A DNA stretch of 29,462 nucleotides, taken from the IMG/VR virus record IMGVR_UViG_3300027808_000117, positions 1-29,462 of that record. The stretch is one strand, 5' to 3'. The notes beneath the pieces are model-generated. The model ran no database searches. It had not been told where the DNA came from and was given only the letters and a program-made list of their open reading frames with translations. The position numbers and the translations under genes are program-made. The first letter of the stretch is position 1; every line of letters begins with the position of its first letter. The stretch comes from a virus (Duplodnaviria > Caudoviricetes). Positions 17,725 to 25,795 of this stretch are shown here, piece by piece.

Positions 17725-19074
17725 TTAACCTTTCCCTTGTAGTTGTTTTAGTTTGGTTATTGCTTGGTGATTAGTTCTACAGACAGTAACGCCAAAGCGT
17801 TGAACTATTCTGTCGCACTCACCACTAAGGTCTACATTCTGTTGGTCTCTCATACCAGTAACTCTCCCGTCGCTAATCCAAATGACTGGCTGACGAGAGT
17901 TCTCTCTTAGTTCCTTAAGCCCATACATAAGTGCTGGTGCGTCACAACCATTACCACCTGGAAAGTGTGGCAACTGACGCACCCTACGACCTTTACGGGC
18001 TACCACCCAAGCGTTAGGGTTCTCTTGACTAACTGATGAACCAGTTGAGTAGCAAAGGATTGTAGCCCCTGCTGACGCTTGTATCATCTCGTCAATCTCC
18101 CTTTCGTCTAAGTTCATAGAGCCTGAGCAGTCAATGACTACGACTGCCCCTATCGCTCTAGTCTTGCGAGTAAAGATACGCTGTTCAGGGTCAGAGTATA
18201 TGCGACTGATATTCTTAATCGTTCTACCCGTATCTGTATACATTAACTTTCTACCCATCTTGCCAGTATGGACTAAAGGCAACTCAGGTTTAGACACAAT
18301 CAACGGATACCAACGGTCTGAGCCATCAGAGAAGCCAGGTTTGCCACCCTTTTGGTCTGCGTAAGTATCACCGTTCTTCTTGATTGTTTCTTCTTGTTCT
18401 CTTGTCTTGAAGTTGCCAGAAGCATATCTCGATAAGCGTTCTATCTCTCTAGCAAGTTCTTTGTATACCTTGTAAGCCTTCTTACGGTCATAAGCACTAC
18501 TGCTATTTATCCGTGAGACTGCTCGCCAGTTCCAACTGCCTTGTTCGTAATCACTAGCAAGAGAACTACCACAACTCGTAAGCAAATCAGCGACAGGTTG
18601 TATCGTGATATCACGAACTATCTGCTCAAATGCTTCGGTGTTACAGTAACTCAACGCCTTTGCGATTAACTCTTCGTTAGGTGTTGGCTCACTAAGCATA
18701 AGAGATAATGCTTTGGTGTTTAACACATTGGTTGTTGGGTCGTCATTGAACGCAGTCTTGTATGCTGTGTTAGCAAGTATCTGCTCAGCATATTTAAGAC
18801 TTGTTGGTTTGACTTTCCAACTCTTAGCCAATCGCTTAGAGTTAGCCAACTGAAATCGGCTAAGCACTAATGCGAAACGCCTAAGGCGACGGCTTGTTAT
18901 GCCTTCACCAGTAGGTGCTTGGTAAGTGTGTGGTTTAGTAGGCGTTCCGAACTGAACACTCACACCGTCAAGGTCTGTTGGTGTAGCACCAGACTGATAA
19001 CGGTTATGAAGTAAATCAGGTCTTTGACCTAACGCTTCTGGAACTAAAGTATGCCTTGGTTGTTTACTTTCCAT
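17725..19074 (-). CDS. VWA (MIDAS) domain protein, MoxR partner / CobT-like
   Basis: C-terminal AVVVIDCSGSM (DxSxS), GGNGCD and VIWISDG motifs; in an operon with the AAA+ ATPase. Confidence 0.85.
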   Translation of the reverse strand: MESKQPRHTLVPEALGQRPDLLHNRYQSGATPTDLDGVSVQFGTPTKPHTYQAPTGEGITSRRLRRFALVLSRFQLANSKRLAKSWKVKPTSLKYAEQILANTAYKTAFNDDPTTNVLNTKALSLMLSEPTPNEELIAKALSYCNTEAFEQIVRDITIQPVADLLTSCGSSLASDYEQGSWNWRAVSRINSSSAYDRKKAYKVYKELAREIERLSRYASGNFKTREQEETIKKNGDTYADQKGGKPGFSDGSDRWYPLIVSKPELPLVHTGKMGRKLMYTDTGRTIKNISRIYSDPEQRIFTRKTRAIGAVVVIDCSGSMNLDEREIDEMIQASAGATILCYSTGSSVSQENPNAWVVARKGRRVRQLPHFPGGNGCDAPALMYGLKELRENSRQPVIWISDGRVTGMRDQQNVDLSGECDRIVQRFGVTVCRTNHQAITKLKQLQGKG

Positions 19075-19537
19075 TTCGTTTCCCCTTTTTGTTTATGGCT
19101 TTGATAAGTGCGTCTGCTAACGACCCTGTTGCTTTACCGTCATCAGTAATAACTTCATCAGGGTTGTCTTCAAACCTAAGAACTGAGAACACTTCAGACC
19201 TGTTGGCGACAAGCATTAAGCGAACTCGTCGTCTATCAGGGTGTTTACTTGGTGCTTCATCAGGCTCTTTGTTCTTGGTGATAGGTGCTGCCCAACCACA
19301 AGTGATAACTCCCAAGTAACTATGGGTATCTAACACTTGGGCTACATCATCACCTTCAAGTAGGTCATAGACATCACGATTAGAACTAACTGTCGTAATG
19401 TCTTGAACACTTGCGTTGTTATCTGACAAGCACTCAATAGCGAGTAGTTGTGCTTCACCAATAGAGAAGCCAAGTTTCTGGGTATGTATGATACCTTCGG
19501 AACTTGTTGCTACTGTCTCAATAAGTTTAGTAACCAT
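19064..19537 (-). CDS. Hypothetical protein, resembles actinobacterial PPA1309-type proteins
   Basis: PSKHPDRRRVRL...VLRF...GSLADAL pattern. Family resemblance is from memory and was not searched. Confidence 0.5.
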   Translation of the reverse strand: MVTKLIETVATSSEGIIHTQKLGFSIGEAQLLAIECLSDNNASVQDITTVSSNRDVYDLLEGDDVAQVLDTHSYLGVITCGWAAPITKNKEPDEAPSKHPDRRRVRLMLVANRSEVFSVLRFEDNPDEVITDDGKATGSLADALIKAINKKGKRNGK

Positions 19538-20280
19538 TACGCTTCCACCTTTCGCAAGTTAATGCTGTCAATGATTTGCTCTGCTAATCTTGGCAAGCAA
19601 ATCTCTACTGACTTGTGTAACTCATTGGTAGCACCGTAAAGTTTGGCAAACTCTACGAAGTTTCTAAGTGAGTAACGGTCTGACTTGTCTGTTCGTGAGA
19701 CCACATTGAACGCTAAGTCCCTGAGATACTCAGGCAAACTAGCAATAGCGTCAGGGTGTGGCTCAGTTATTTCTAACTGAACAACTAGACGGTCTTGAAT
19801 AGCACGCCCTAAGTCGTCAGGTTCACCGTTCATAGTGGCTACAACGCTGAAGCCTTCTGCTGGTTTGATTGTCTCACCAGTATCAGGGTTCTGCCACGAA
19901 GAACTAGCGTGTGTGTCGATTAGAGACATAAGGCGACTCTCAATATCGCCATTGACTCTGTTGATTTCATCAACGACTAAACGACCACCAGTTCTCCAAG
20001 CCTTGATAGCAACGCCTTCGTGGAACATAAGTTCCCTAGAGCCATTGACTACTGTTGGCTTATACATACCGATTAGGTCTGCGTCAGTCATCTCTTCTGT
20101 GCAAACTAGACGGTAAGCGTTCTCAGGATTAGTGTGGTAGTTCATAGCAAAGTATGTCTTCCCAGTTCCTGGTGCGCCGTATAGCAACACTCGCCCTAGG
20201 TTGTTACCTAGCGCATAACTTGCCTTGTCCCAAGGGCTTGTGAAGCCTTGGGTTTCTGTTGTTTCTTGTTCTACTAGCAT
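19537..20280 (-). CDS. MoxR/CbbQ/CobS-like AAA+ ATPase
   Basis: Walker A GAPGTGKT, DLIG, Walker B LVVDEINR, sensor I VVATMN, arginine finger AIQDR, sensor II SLR. Confidence 0.9.
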   Translation of the reverse strand: MLVEQETTETQGFTSPWDKASYALGNNLGRVLLYGAPGTGKTYFAMNYHTNPENAYRLVCTEEMTDADLIGMYKPTVVNGSRELMFHEGVAIKAWRTGGRLVVDEINRVNGDIESRLMSLIDTHASSSWQNPDTGETIKPAEGFSVVATMNGEPDDLGRAIQDRLVVQLEITEPHPDAIASLPEYLRDLAFNVVSRTDKSDRYSLRNFVEFAKLYGATNELHKSVEICLPRLAEQIIDSINLRKVEA

Positions 20281-20324
20281 TTTATTCTCCCTTGTTGTTT
20301 GTTGTTTGGTTGTTGTATTGCTTA

Positions 20325-20498
20325 TTACTTTGAGAGTTGAAGACTCTCAAACCTTGTTGTTAATGCTTGTTTAATTTCTTTAATCAAAGGCAGTTCTACT
20401 TGGCTGTAAATTAACTCGTTATGAAAACTCACGGTTGAGTTCACTAACTTCTCTGCCTGTATACGGGTTACAGTTTCTATGATTTCTTCTAGCGTCAT
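20325..20498 (-). CDS. Hypothetical 57 aa protein
   Basis: Start moved to MTLEEII (ATG 20498) with RBS GAAAGGGAG. Confidence 0.55.
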   Translation of the reverse strand: MTLEEIIETVTRIQAEKLVNSTVSFHNELIYSQVELPLIKEIKQALTTRFESLQLSK

Positions 20499-20629
20499 AA
20501 ACTCCCTTTCGTTGTGTTGATAAAAAATATACTTGCTAAGGGTCGTGGGTATATCAGCCACGATTTACTGAGCGCATAGCAACGCTGGGGGGTAAGTGAT
20601 AACGCAATAGCAAAATTTGCGTCGGGGAA

Positions 20630-20658
20630 AGTCTTACACGCCCCGTCGTCGCTGTCAA
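20630..20658 (-). promoter_or_regulatory. Early promoter for the AAA/VWA operon
   Basis: TTGACA (20658-20653), 17 nt, AAGACT with extended TG. Shares upstream context CGAAA.TT...GATTTGACA with the 16716 promoter. Confidence 0.5.
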
Positions 20659-20688
20659 ATCGGGGGTAAAATTTCGCAGTAAGAAGCA

Positions 20689-20738
20689 GCGCGCGCGCGT
20701 GCGCCTGCGCCTGCGTGCGCGCGCACATACGCGCGCGT
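20689..20738. repeat. Alternating purine-pyrimidine GC tract
   Basis: GCGCGCGCGCGTGCGCCTGCGCCTGCGTGCGCGCGCACATACGCGCGCGT, intergenic. Confidence 0.85.
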
Positions 20739-20749
20739 CACGACAGGCC

Positions 20750-20777
20750 CGTTACTGGTAGCAGTCGTTACTGGTAG
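20750..20777. repeat. Direct repeat CGTTACTGGTAG x2 (operator-like)
   Basis: Copies at 20750-20761 and 20766-20777; related copies at 16797 and 16822. Confidence 0.75.
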
Positions 20778-20780
20778 TGG

Positions 20781-21338
20781 TCACCAATGAAAGCAAGCAG
20801 CAATCAATGCGTCTACTAATTTACTTTCGCCTTGTTTGATTTTGGATTTAGCATACGTAACATTGTCTGCGTTGTCGCCTTGTCGGGTGATGATGTGCAC
20901 GCCCCGAGGTGTAGTCAATGTGGTTAGATGCATAGTTACTTTGTCTTCGCAGTCTGCTGCGTTCTTATCTAAATCAAGGGCAATCTTAGATGCCCAAACT
21001 TCTGATCGAGTGATGATACCTACACATCCATCTGACTTGCATTCACGTATCATGTCCTCGTCATAGAGAGCTGTATATAAATCACCGTAGGTTTCTTTGT
21101 ATCTGATTGCAAGAACCTGTGAGTCATCTTCGATTATCTCTGAGTTCACAATAGTTAGCTCGTCGTCTGTGTTTAAAACGAGATACCAGATCTCTGTTGA
21201 TGAATCATCTATCGCATCCTTGGATGCAAAGAACTCTTCTATCTTGATGAAGTCTTTAAGCTCTTGCGTAAGTCCTTCTTGGTTGATGTTGTCGTACGCT
21301 TCGCGCATGATGTCATCTATTTGATCTTCAAACCCCAC
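20781..21338 (-). CDS. Acidic hypothetical protein, distant paralog of 19064-19537
   Basis: GTG start with AGGAGG; C-terminal half aligns by eye with the 157 aa protein. Confidence 0.65.
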   Translation of the reverse strand: MGFEDQIDDIMREAYDNINQEGLTQELKDFIKIEEFFASKDAIDDSSTEIWYLVLNTDDELTIVNSEIIEDDSQVLAIRYKETYGDLYTALYDEDMIRECKSDGCVGIITRSEVWASKIALDLDKNAADCEDKVTMHLTTLTTPRGVHIITRQGDNADNVTYAKSKIKQGESKLVDALIAACFHW

Positions 21339-21543
21339 GTACTACCTCCTGTTTAGCTCGGTACAAAGCGTAATCTTTAGCACGCTCTACTGCTTCAGGT
21401 GATAACTTATCTGATACTCCAATGGCTAACTCTGCAATCACAGCACCCATGTGTGGCGCTGCCTTAATTGCAGCTACTAGTAATTCAACTAACAGGTTCT
21501 CCATCAATTCTAAATCTTCAGTTGAGAACAGCTTTGTTGTCAT
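21328..21543 (-). CDS. Hypothetical 71 aa helical protein
   Basis: RBS GAAGGG; overlaps both neighbours. Confidence 0.6.
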   Translation of the reverse strand: MTTKLFSTEDLELMENLLVELLVAAIKAAPHMGAVIAELAIGVSDKLSPEAVERAKDYALYRAKQEVVRGV

Positions 21544-21667
21544 TTCGTTTTCCCTTCTCTGTCATTTGTTTGTTTGAATGATTGTTCGCACACGTTGGTG
21601 GTTCCGATAATTTAACGTGTGTTATTAACTCCATATTACATTGGTTGCAACGCCATTCTTGTTTCAT
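21518..21667 (-). CDS. Small Zn-ribbon-like protein (49 aa)
   Basis: MKQEWRCNQC...PPTCANNH; start moved to ATG 21667 with RBS GGGAGGG. Confidence 0.55.
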   Translation of the reverse strand: MKQEWRCNQCNMELITHVKLSEPPTCANNHSNKQMTEKGKRNDNKAVLN

Positions 21668-22037
21668 TGATTGATCCCTCCCTGCATGGGCACGGCTTAA
21701 CATAGGTAACTGTACGCCCATTCTCTAGTTGCCTTGTGTACCTTTCGTTTGTTGTAGTGATGCCATCGTCCCAGCCTGAGCCGTAACACACAGGGCATAC
21801 TGATGTTTCTTCTTTAGGTTTCAGTTGTTTCATTACTTGCTTCACTCTATGCAGCGACGGGAAGTGTCCATCTTTTTCTATTATAAGTAGAGCTGATCGG
21901 CAAAGATCAACTGATGCTTGTCGTAGTTCTTTATCTTCTCGCCATCCTGCTTTGATTGTGTTGCGTGCTAGTTGTGTGCCAGGGTATAGCGCACACAATC
22001 TATCTACGAATCGCTCTATGTTTTCTGGCAGCATCAA
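21636..22037 (-). CDS. Hypothetical replication-module protein with C-terminal Zn finger
   Basis: FVDRLCALYP...W...FPSL N-terminal domain reminiscent of phage helicase-loader-inhibitor-like domains, plus CPVCYGSGW...KPCPC. Confidence 0.55.
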   Translation of the reverse strand: MMLPENIERFVDRLCALYPGTQLARNTIKAGWREDKELRQASVDLCRSALLIIEKDGHFPSLHRVKQVMKQLKPKEETSVCPVCYGSGWDDGITTTNERYTRQLENGRTVTYVKPCPCREGSINETRMALQPM

Positions 22038-22161
22038 CCCTCCGTTTGTCTATCTCGTTTTCAATAACAACTACACAGTTGTATAGCTCATCTTCTTCTA
22101 ACCTACCTACGAAAGCACGTCGCAAGAACTTGGACATACTCATTAGCATCTCGTCTGTCAT
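22000..22161 (-). CDS. Hypothetical 53 aa protein (not in ORF track)
   Basis: MTDEMLMSMSKFLRRAFVGRLEEDELYNCVVVIENEIDKRRVDAARKHRAIRR; ATGA overlap with the whiB stop, fills the gap. Confidence 0.55.
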   Translation of the reverse strand: MTDEMLMSMSKFLRRAFVGRLEEDELYNCVVVIENEIDKRRVDAARKHRAIRR

Positions 22162-22439
22162 AGTGATTTCTTTGCCCATTCCACCCTCGCCTTGTGTTTA
22201 CGTCGTTCGTTTAATGTCATACCACCCCATATTCCGTAGTGTATGTGGTTGTCGATAGCAAAATTTAAGCACTTGTCTTGGACTTTGCAATCCCCACATA
22301 GCTCTTTGATCGCTGCTCTTTCTGCGGTGCTGTTGCCACGCTCGGGAAAGAACAGGTCGGTTGATAAACCTTTGCAGGCTGCATCATCTGACCAGTCAAA
22401 GTCTTTGTTAAATAAAGACCATTCGTTTAGTAGTTCCAT
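22158..22439 (-). CDS. whiB: WhiB family Fe-S transcriptional regulator
   Basis: W...AAC......FFP ... C..C.....C ... GIWGG...ERR, all four Cys present. Start at ATG 22439 (RBS GAAAGGG) or 22463. Confidence 0.95.
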   Translation of the reverse strand: MELLNEWSLFNKDFDWSDDAACKGLSTDLFFPERGNSTAERAAIKELCGDCKVQDKCLNFAIDNHIHYGIWGGMTLNERRKHKARVEWAKKSL

Positions 22440-22470
22440 ATCCCTTTCCTTTTTGTCTCTCATTGGTTTC

Positions 22471-23013
22471 CTATCCGATATTCCAGGGACTCCACCCCGC
22501 AACGTCGTAAAGGAGTTTGCCTGCTATCAAGTTTGTGAGCGGGTCAAACAGTATAGACTGCTCGCACGCCTTAAGTCTCTTGCAAATAAGCCCATGATAT
22601 TGGGCATGATCTTGCTTCCAATGCACCCCATTGATCTGGAGTAGCCCTGTGTCTGACCTGTGGCTCCACTCGGAAACCCTTATAATGTTGCAGTTCTTAT
22701 CAACCACGTCACCCCCAGCACGGTTGGGGCAGCCACCTGATTCTCTCAAAATTATCTGACCAAGTTTCTGCCATGTAGATTTCGGCCACCCAGCTTGTGC
22801 TGCCAAAACAGGGAGCCACGATATATCCCCGTGCTTGAACACTATCGGTTTCGCAAGGTCCAGCTTCTCGTGATTCACGTGCCTCACTTGCCACCTGGTC
22901 GAGGAAGATGTCAAGATTGAATCTGAAGAGGGGGCTATTGCAGCGTGGACTTGTGAGCCCAGCGTAATAATCCCCATCAATGGCACGGCTAAGCACCGTA
23001 TAAGTTTTCTCAT
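22471..23013 (-). CDS. Secreted lytic transglycosylase (SLT/lysozyme-like)
   Basis: Signal-peptide-like N-terminus; IILRESGG (catalytic Glu), DTGLLQIN, FDPLTNL, GWSPW. Confidence 0.85.
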   Translation of the reverse strand: MRKLIRCLAVPLMGIITLGSQVHAAIAPSSDSILTSSSTRWQVRHVNHEKLDLAKPIVFKHGDISWLPVLAAQAGWPKSTWQKLGQIILRESGGCPNRAGGDVVDKNCNIIRVSEWSHRSDTGLLQINGVHWKQDHAQYHGLICKRLKACEQSILFDPLTNLIAGKLLYDVAGWSPWNIG

Positions 23014-23047
23014 TGTTCCCTTCCATTATAGTTTACTCCTGTATCCC

Positions 23048-23491
23048 TTATGAAATAAGGCTTATGATTTCTGTGAATTCTGTGAGTGTCATTAACACGA
23101 TACCTTCTGTTGTTCCGTCTGGCATTGCCACCATTATAAATGGACGAATGTCACCCAGCGCCTTTGCTTGATCGCTCTGTGCTTTCGCGTTTTTGAATCG
23201 TGTATAAATCGGACCGACTTGAATGCCCGCTTTAACCTCGGTACGAAAAGCGCCACCCCAGTTTTCTTCGTGACGGGTAAGATGACCACCCAACCCAAGT
23301 TTCTTGCGGGCACGACGTGCTTTTGAATCGCCTTTAGATCTGTTACGTTTACCCCTAGCCGTAGGGTCGCCACAGTCTCGAATCCTACGCGAACCATCAC
23401 GACTGGCGCGCCCAAGCGTTCCGAAGAGTGGGCAGCCCGTTGCGTTACATTTACTTTGGTTGCCTTCACAATACCCTTTCCTTTCATCCAT
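23048..23491 (-). CDS. PD-(D/E)xK nuclease, Holliday junction resolvase-like (Hjc-type)
   Basis: RNRSKG...TEVK...PFIMV...IVLMTLTEF pattern, in the recombination operon. The canonical first acidic residues are not clear. Confidence 0.55.
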   Translation of the reverse strand: MDERKGYCEGNQSKCNATGCPLFGTLGRASRDGSRRIRDCGDPTARGKRNRSKGDSKARRARKKLGLGGHLTRHEENWGGAFRTEVKAGIQVGPIYTRFKNAKAQSDQAKALGDIRPFIMVAMPDGTTEGIVLMTLTEFTEIISLIS

Positions 23492-23630
23492 GTTGTTTGA
23501 GTGCTTCGTTAAGTAAAACTCTAATCGTTTCAGATCTTGTCTTGCGTATCCGTTTGGATACCTTGTTGACCTGCTTGAGCAACTCGGTATCCAAACGAAC
23601 AGCGATTAAAGTTTTAGCTATCTTGCTCAC
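23484..23630 (-). CDS. Ribbon-helix-helix (CopG/Arc-like) DNA-binding protein, 48 aa (not in ORF track)
   Basis: MSKIAKTLIAVRLDTELLKQVNKVSKRIRKTRSETIRVLLNEALKQHG; GTGA overlap with the upstream stop. Confidence 0.8.
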   Translation of the reverse strand: MSKIAKTLIAVRLDTELLKQVNKVSKRIRKTRSETIRVLLNEALKQHG

Positions 23631-24262
23631 TTGTATTGGGTGATAAGCGCTGATGCTTCACCCTTGGTAAGTTCGTCAAGCTTTGTGATGTTGCGATTGA
23701 CAGCTACGCTACAAACATCTGCGACTTCTTTGTTGTCGGAGATACCTTGGTTGCGTAACACGGCACGTAACATACCTAGTTGTTTAGGAGACGCTGCTTC
23801 CCCTGGGTTTTTGATAGAGATGTTTCGTGGTTGTTCTTGCTCACCATCTTCTACATAGGTAGCACCGTTACTGACCAGCTCATCCATGATTTCGTTTACA
23901 TTGTTCTTTGGGCTGGCAGCCACAGGGGTTGCTCGCTGTACCTTCTGCATCTCTTCACGGCTAGGGCGTGCACCCTTGGCTGCGTACCCACAGTTAGCGA
24001 GAGCCCTGCCAATGGCGCTGGTCTCTGCGTTCTCTGCGTGTGAGGTGCGGTTTACTGGGCTTGCACCCCGTAGTTCTTCTGCATACCCGCTTGCTACTGG
24101 CCTTACATCTTCACGGTCAAAGTAAACCTCTGCTCGTATAAGGATGCGTGTGTCGTCGTAGTAGTGGATGGATGTAATGACCCGACCATCTGTGTGGTCA
24201 GCCCAAAACTTTACAAGTCTGTCTTCGACTGTTTCGTAATTATCTAAGTTGAACCCTGGCAT
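23627..24262 (-). CDS. Single-strand annealing protein, Rad52/Sak-like
   Basis: YETVEDRL...ASGYAEE...ENAETSAIGRAL...G; C-terminal ASPKQL...LTKGEASALI; directly follows the exonuclease. Confidence 0.75.
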   Translation of the reverse strand: MPGFNLDNYETVEDRLVKFWADHTDGRVITSIHYYDDTRILIRAEVYFDREDVRPVASGYAEELRGASPVNRTSHAENAETSAIGRALANCGYAAKGARPSREEMQKVQRATPVAASPKNNVNEIMDELVSNGATYVEDGEQEQPRNISIKNPGEAASPKQLGMLRAVLRNQGISDNKEVADVCSVAVNRNITKLDELTKGEASALITQYK

Positions 24263-24264
24263 TG

Positions 24265-25203
24265 TTATCTCCTTACCTTTGTTTTGAGGACACGGAATTC
24301 CGTATCCTTCCTGTATTTCTTTGACAAGACTGGATGGTCTTTATCAAACCTTGATGAATCAAACACGTTGCGTGTCTGTGTCTTCCATGTTACGACGATA
24401 TCGCCGTTGAGTATTCCTTCCTCTGCTTCTTTCATCATTAGACCAAGCTCTGCTTTGAGTCCGCTTTCAAGTTCTTCAAGTTCTTTCTTTGCTTTCTTTA
24501 CTTGTTCTAATTGATTGACAACTTCTATTGCTGTCGATGGAAGAATCGTTTGTGTACTTGATGACTTGTTGTACAGATCAGATACGTTATCGTAAGAAAG
24601 TTTTGCTACCTCAGGCACCAACCCTTGCTCAATTAAATTTAGGAACTCATCAACTGCGGTAATGTGAATCTGTTGTTCGTCAGATGTAATGATCTGTGTG
24701 TGCTGGTGTAGTTCAAGGTTGCTGTCAAAGATACGCCATTCAATTTGATTAGTACCTGCACAGATGGATTGTTGTACGCCCTGCCAATACCATTGACGTG
24801 GCAGTACACCTTCCCAACGTTTCTTGGTTGTCTTGATTTCAAACGGTATGCCATCGCTGGTGATTGCGTCAAGTGTGGCAATCATGCGAGCATCTCCATT
24901 CTCGAAGCAATACATAATGTCTGGGGTAAGCAAAGCAATGTCTTCTAGATCGGATGTCCATTGGATTAGGACTGGTTCAAGTCGGTTGCCTCGCTCCATT
25001 GCAGCGTTGGCTGGCTTGGGTTGCGGTGCTTCGTCAGCAAGTAGTTCTACTGCGAGATCTCCTGGTGTCATGTACTCGTGCTCATTGTGTACTGCTGCTG
25101 CGCTTGATGCAGCGATTCGTGATAGCCCTTCGGCGTTGCGCCAACGTACCTCTAACCATTCTTGGCTGCCGTGTTCTGGCTTGTTGATTGTGTATCTGTT
25201 CAT
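24265..25203 (-). CDS. YqaJ / lambda-exonuclease-like recombination nuclease
   Basis: GSQEWLEVR, AASS, AMERGNRLEP, ATLDA, EIKT, YWQGVQQ motifs and a C-terminal VTWK...FD tail. Confidence 0.9.
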   Translation of the reverse strand: MNRYTINKPEHGSQEWLEVRWRNAEGLSRIAASSAAAVHNEHEYMTPGDLAVELLADEAPQPKPANAAMERGNRLEPVLIQWTSDLEDIALLTPDIMYCFENGDARMIATLDAITSDGIPFEIKTTKKRWEGVLPRQWYWQGVQQSICAGTNQIEWRIFDSNLELHQHTQIITSDEQQIHITAVDEFLNLIEQGLVPEVAKLSYDNVSDLYNKSSSTQTILPSTAIEVVNQLEQVKKAKKELEELESGLKAELGLMMKEAEEGILNGDIVVTWKTQTRNVFDSSRFDKDHPVLSKKYRKDTEFRVLKTKVRR

Positions 25204-25225
25204 CCTCTTCCTTTCGTGTAATACA

Positions 25226-25254
25226 AACGTATCACGTCAGGGGGATGGACACAA
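25226..25254 (-). promoter_or_regulatory. Promoter for the recombination operon
   Basis: TTGTGT, 17 nt, TACGTT with extended TG, 23 nt upstream of ATG 25203. Confidence 0.45.
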
Positions 25255-25525
25255 CCTTTGATTCAAGATTTATTTGGATGCACTTGAATTCTTTGACCAT
25301 TGCTGTGGGTATATGTAGAACATGGTCTACGTCATCGTTCGGGGTGATGCTCTGATATATGGTGATGTGTCCTTCTTTGCCACCGTCAGATTGGGGTAGA
25401 AGAAATCCTGCCGTGCGCACGAGCACGGGATCTTGGTCAAGGTCTCGTATGTTGGTCCAGGTTTCGCTACCCGAGTGTGCGTCGATCCACGTCACGTATA
25501 TATAGGTGAGTTCATTCTTCGTCAT
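25232..25525 (-). CDS. Phage hypothetical protein (VxWxDA motif)
   Basis: YVTWIDAHSGSETW...TAGFLL...HIP...VK; start moved to MTKNE (ATG 25525, RBS GGGGAG). Confidence 0.65.
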   Translation of the reverse strand: MTKNELTYIYVTWIDAHSGSETWTNIRDLDQDPVLVRTAGFLLPQSDGGKEGHITIYQSITPNDDVDHVLHIPTAMVKEFKCIQINLESKVVSIPLT

Positions 25526-25552
25526 CGTCGAGTTTCTCCCCGCAAATCGGGT

Positions 25553-25598
25553 CGCGCGGGCGCACACCTTTATTTACGCACGCGCACAGGCGCGCGTG
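25553..25598. repeat. Second GC-alternating intergenic tract
   Basis: CGCGCGGGCGCACACCTTTATTTACGCACGCGCACAGGCGCGCGTG. Confidence 0.7.
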
Positions 25599-25600
25599 TT

Positions 25601-25795
25601 TCACGGTTGTGCCTTCGGTAGGTCACACGGTCGTGGTTGCGGTAGGTATTCATAGCTGGCGTGAGACATGGACATGATGCGGCCTTCTCGGGTTATTGCT
25701 ATCCAAGTTGGTGCGTCAGGATCGCAGAGACAAGAAGTCATTTGTGTCTCATCATGCTCAACGATTGCATCACAATGCTGACAACAAAGTTTCAT
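25601..25795 (-). CDS. Small Cys-rich (CxxC...CxC) protein
   Basis: MKLCCQHCDAIVE...SCLCDPD; ATGA overlap with the phosphoesterase stop. Confidence 0.6.
   Translation of the reverse strand: MKLCCQHCDAIVEHDETQMTSCLCDPDAPTWIAITREGRIMSMSHASYEYLPQPRPCDLPKAQP

Noticed and set aside
20329-20351. Perfect 9-bp hairpin TTTGAGAGT-TGAAG-ACTCTCAAA as a terminator
   Set aside because: It lies inside the end of a coding region within an apparent operon. It may be a stability or processing hairpin, but there is too little support to call.
20495-20728. 77 aa ORF MCARTQAQAHARA
   Set aside because: It is a translation of the GC-alternating tract and promoter region, with no RBS.
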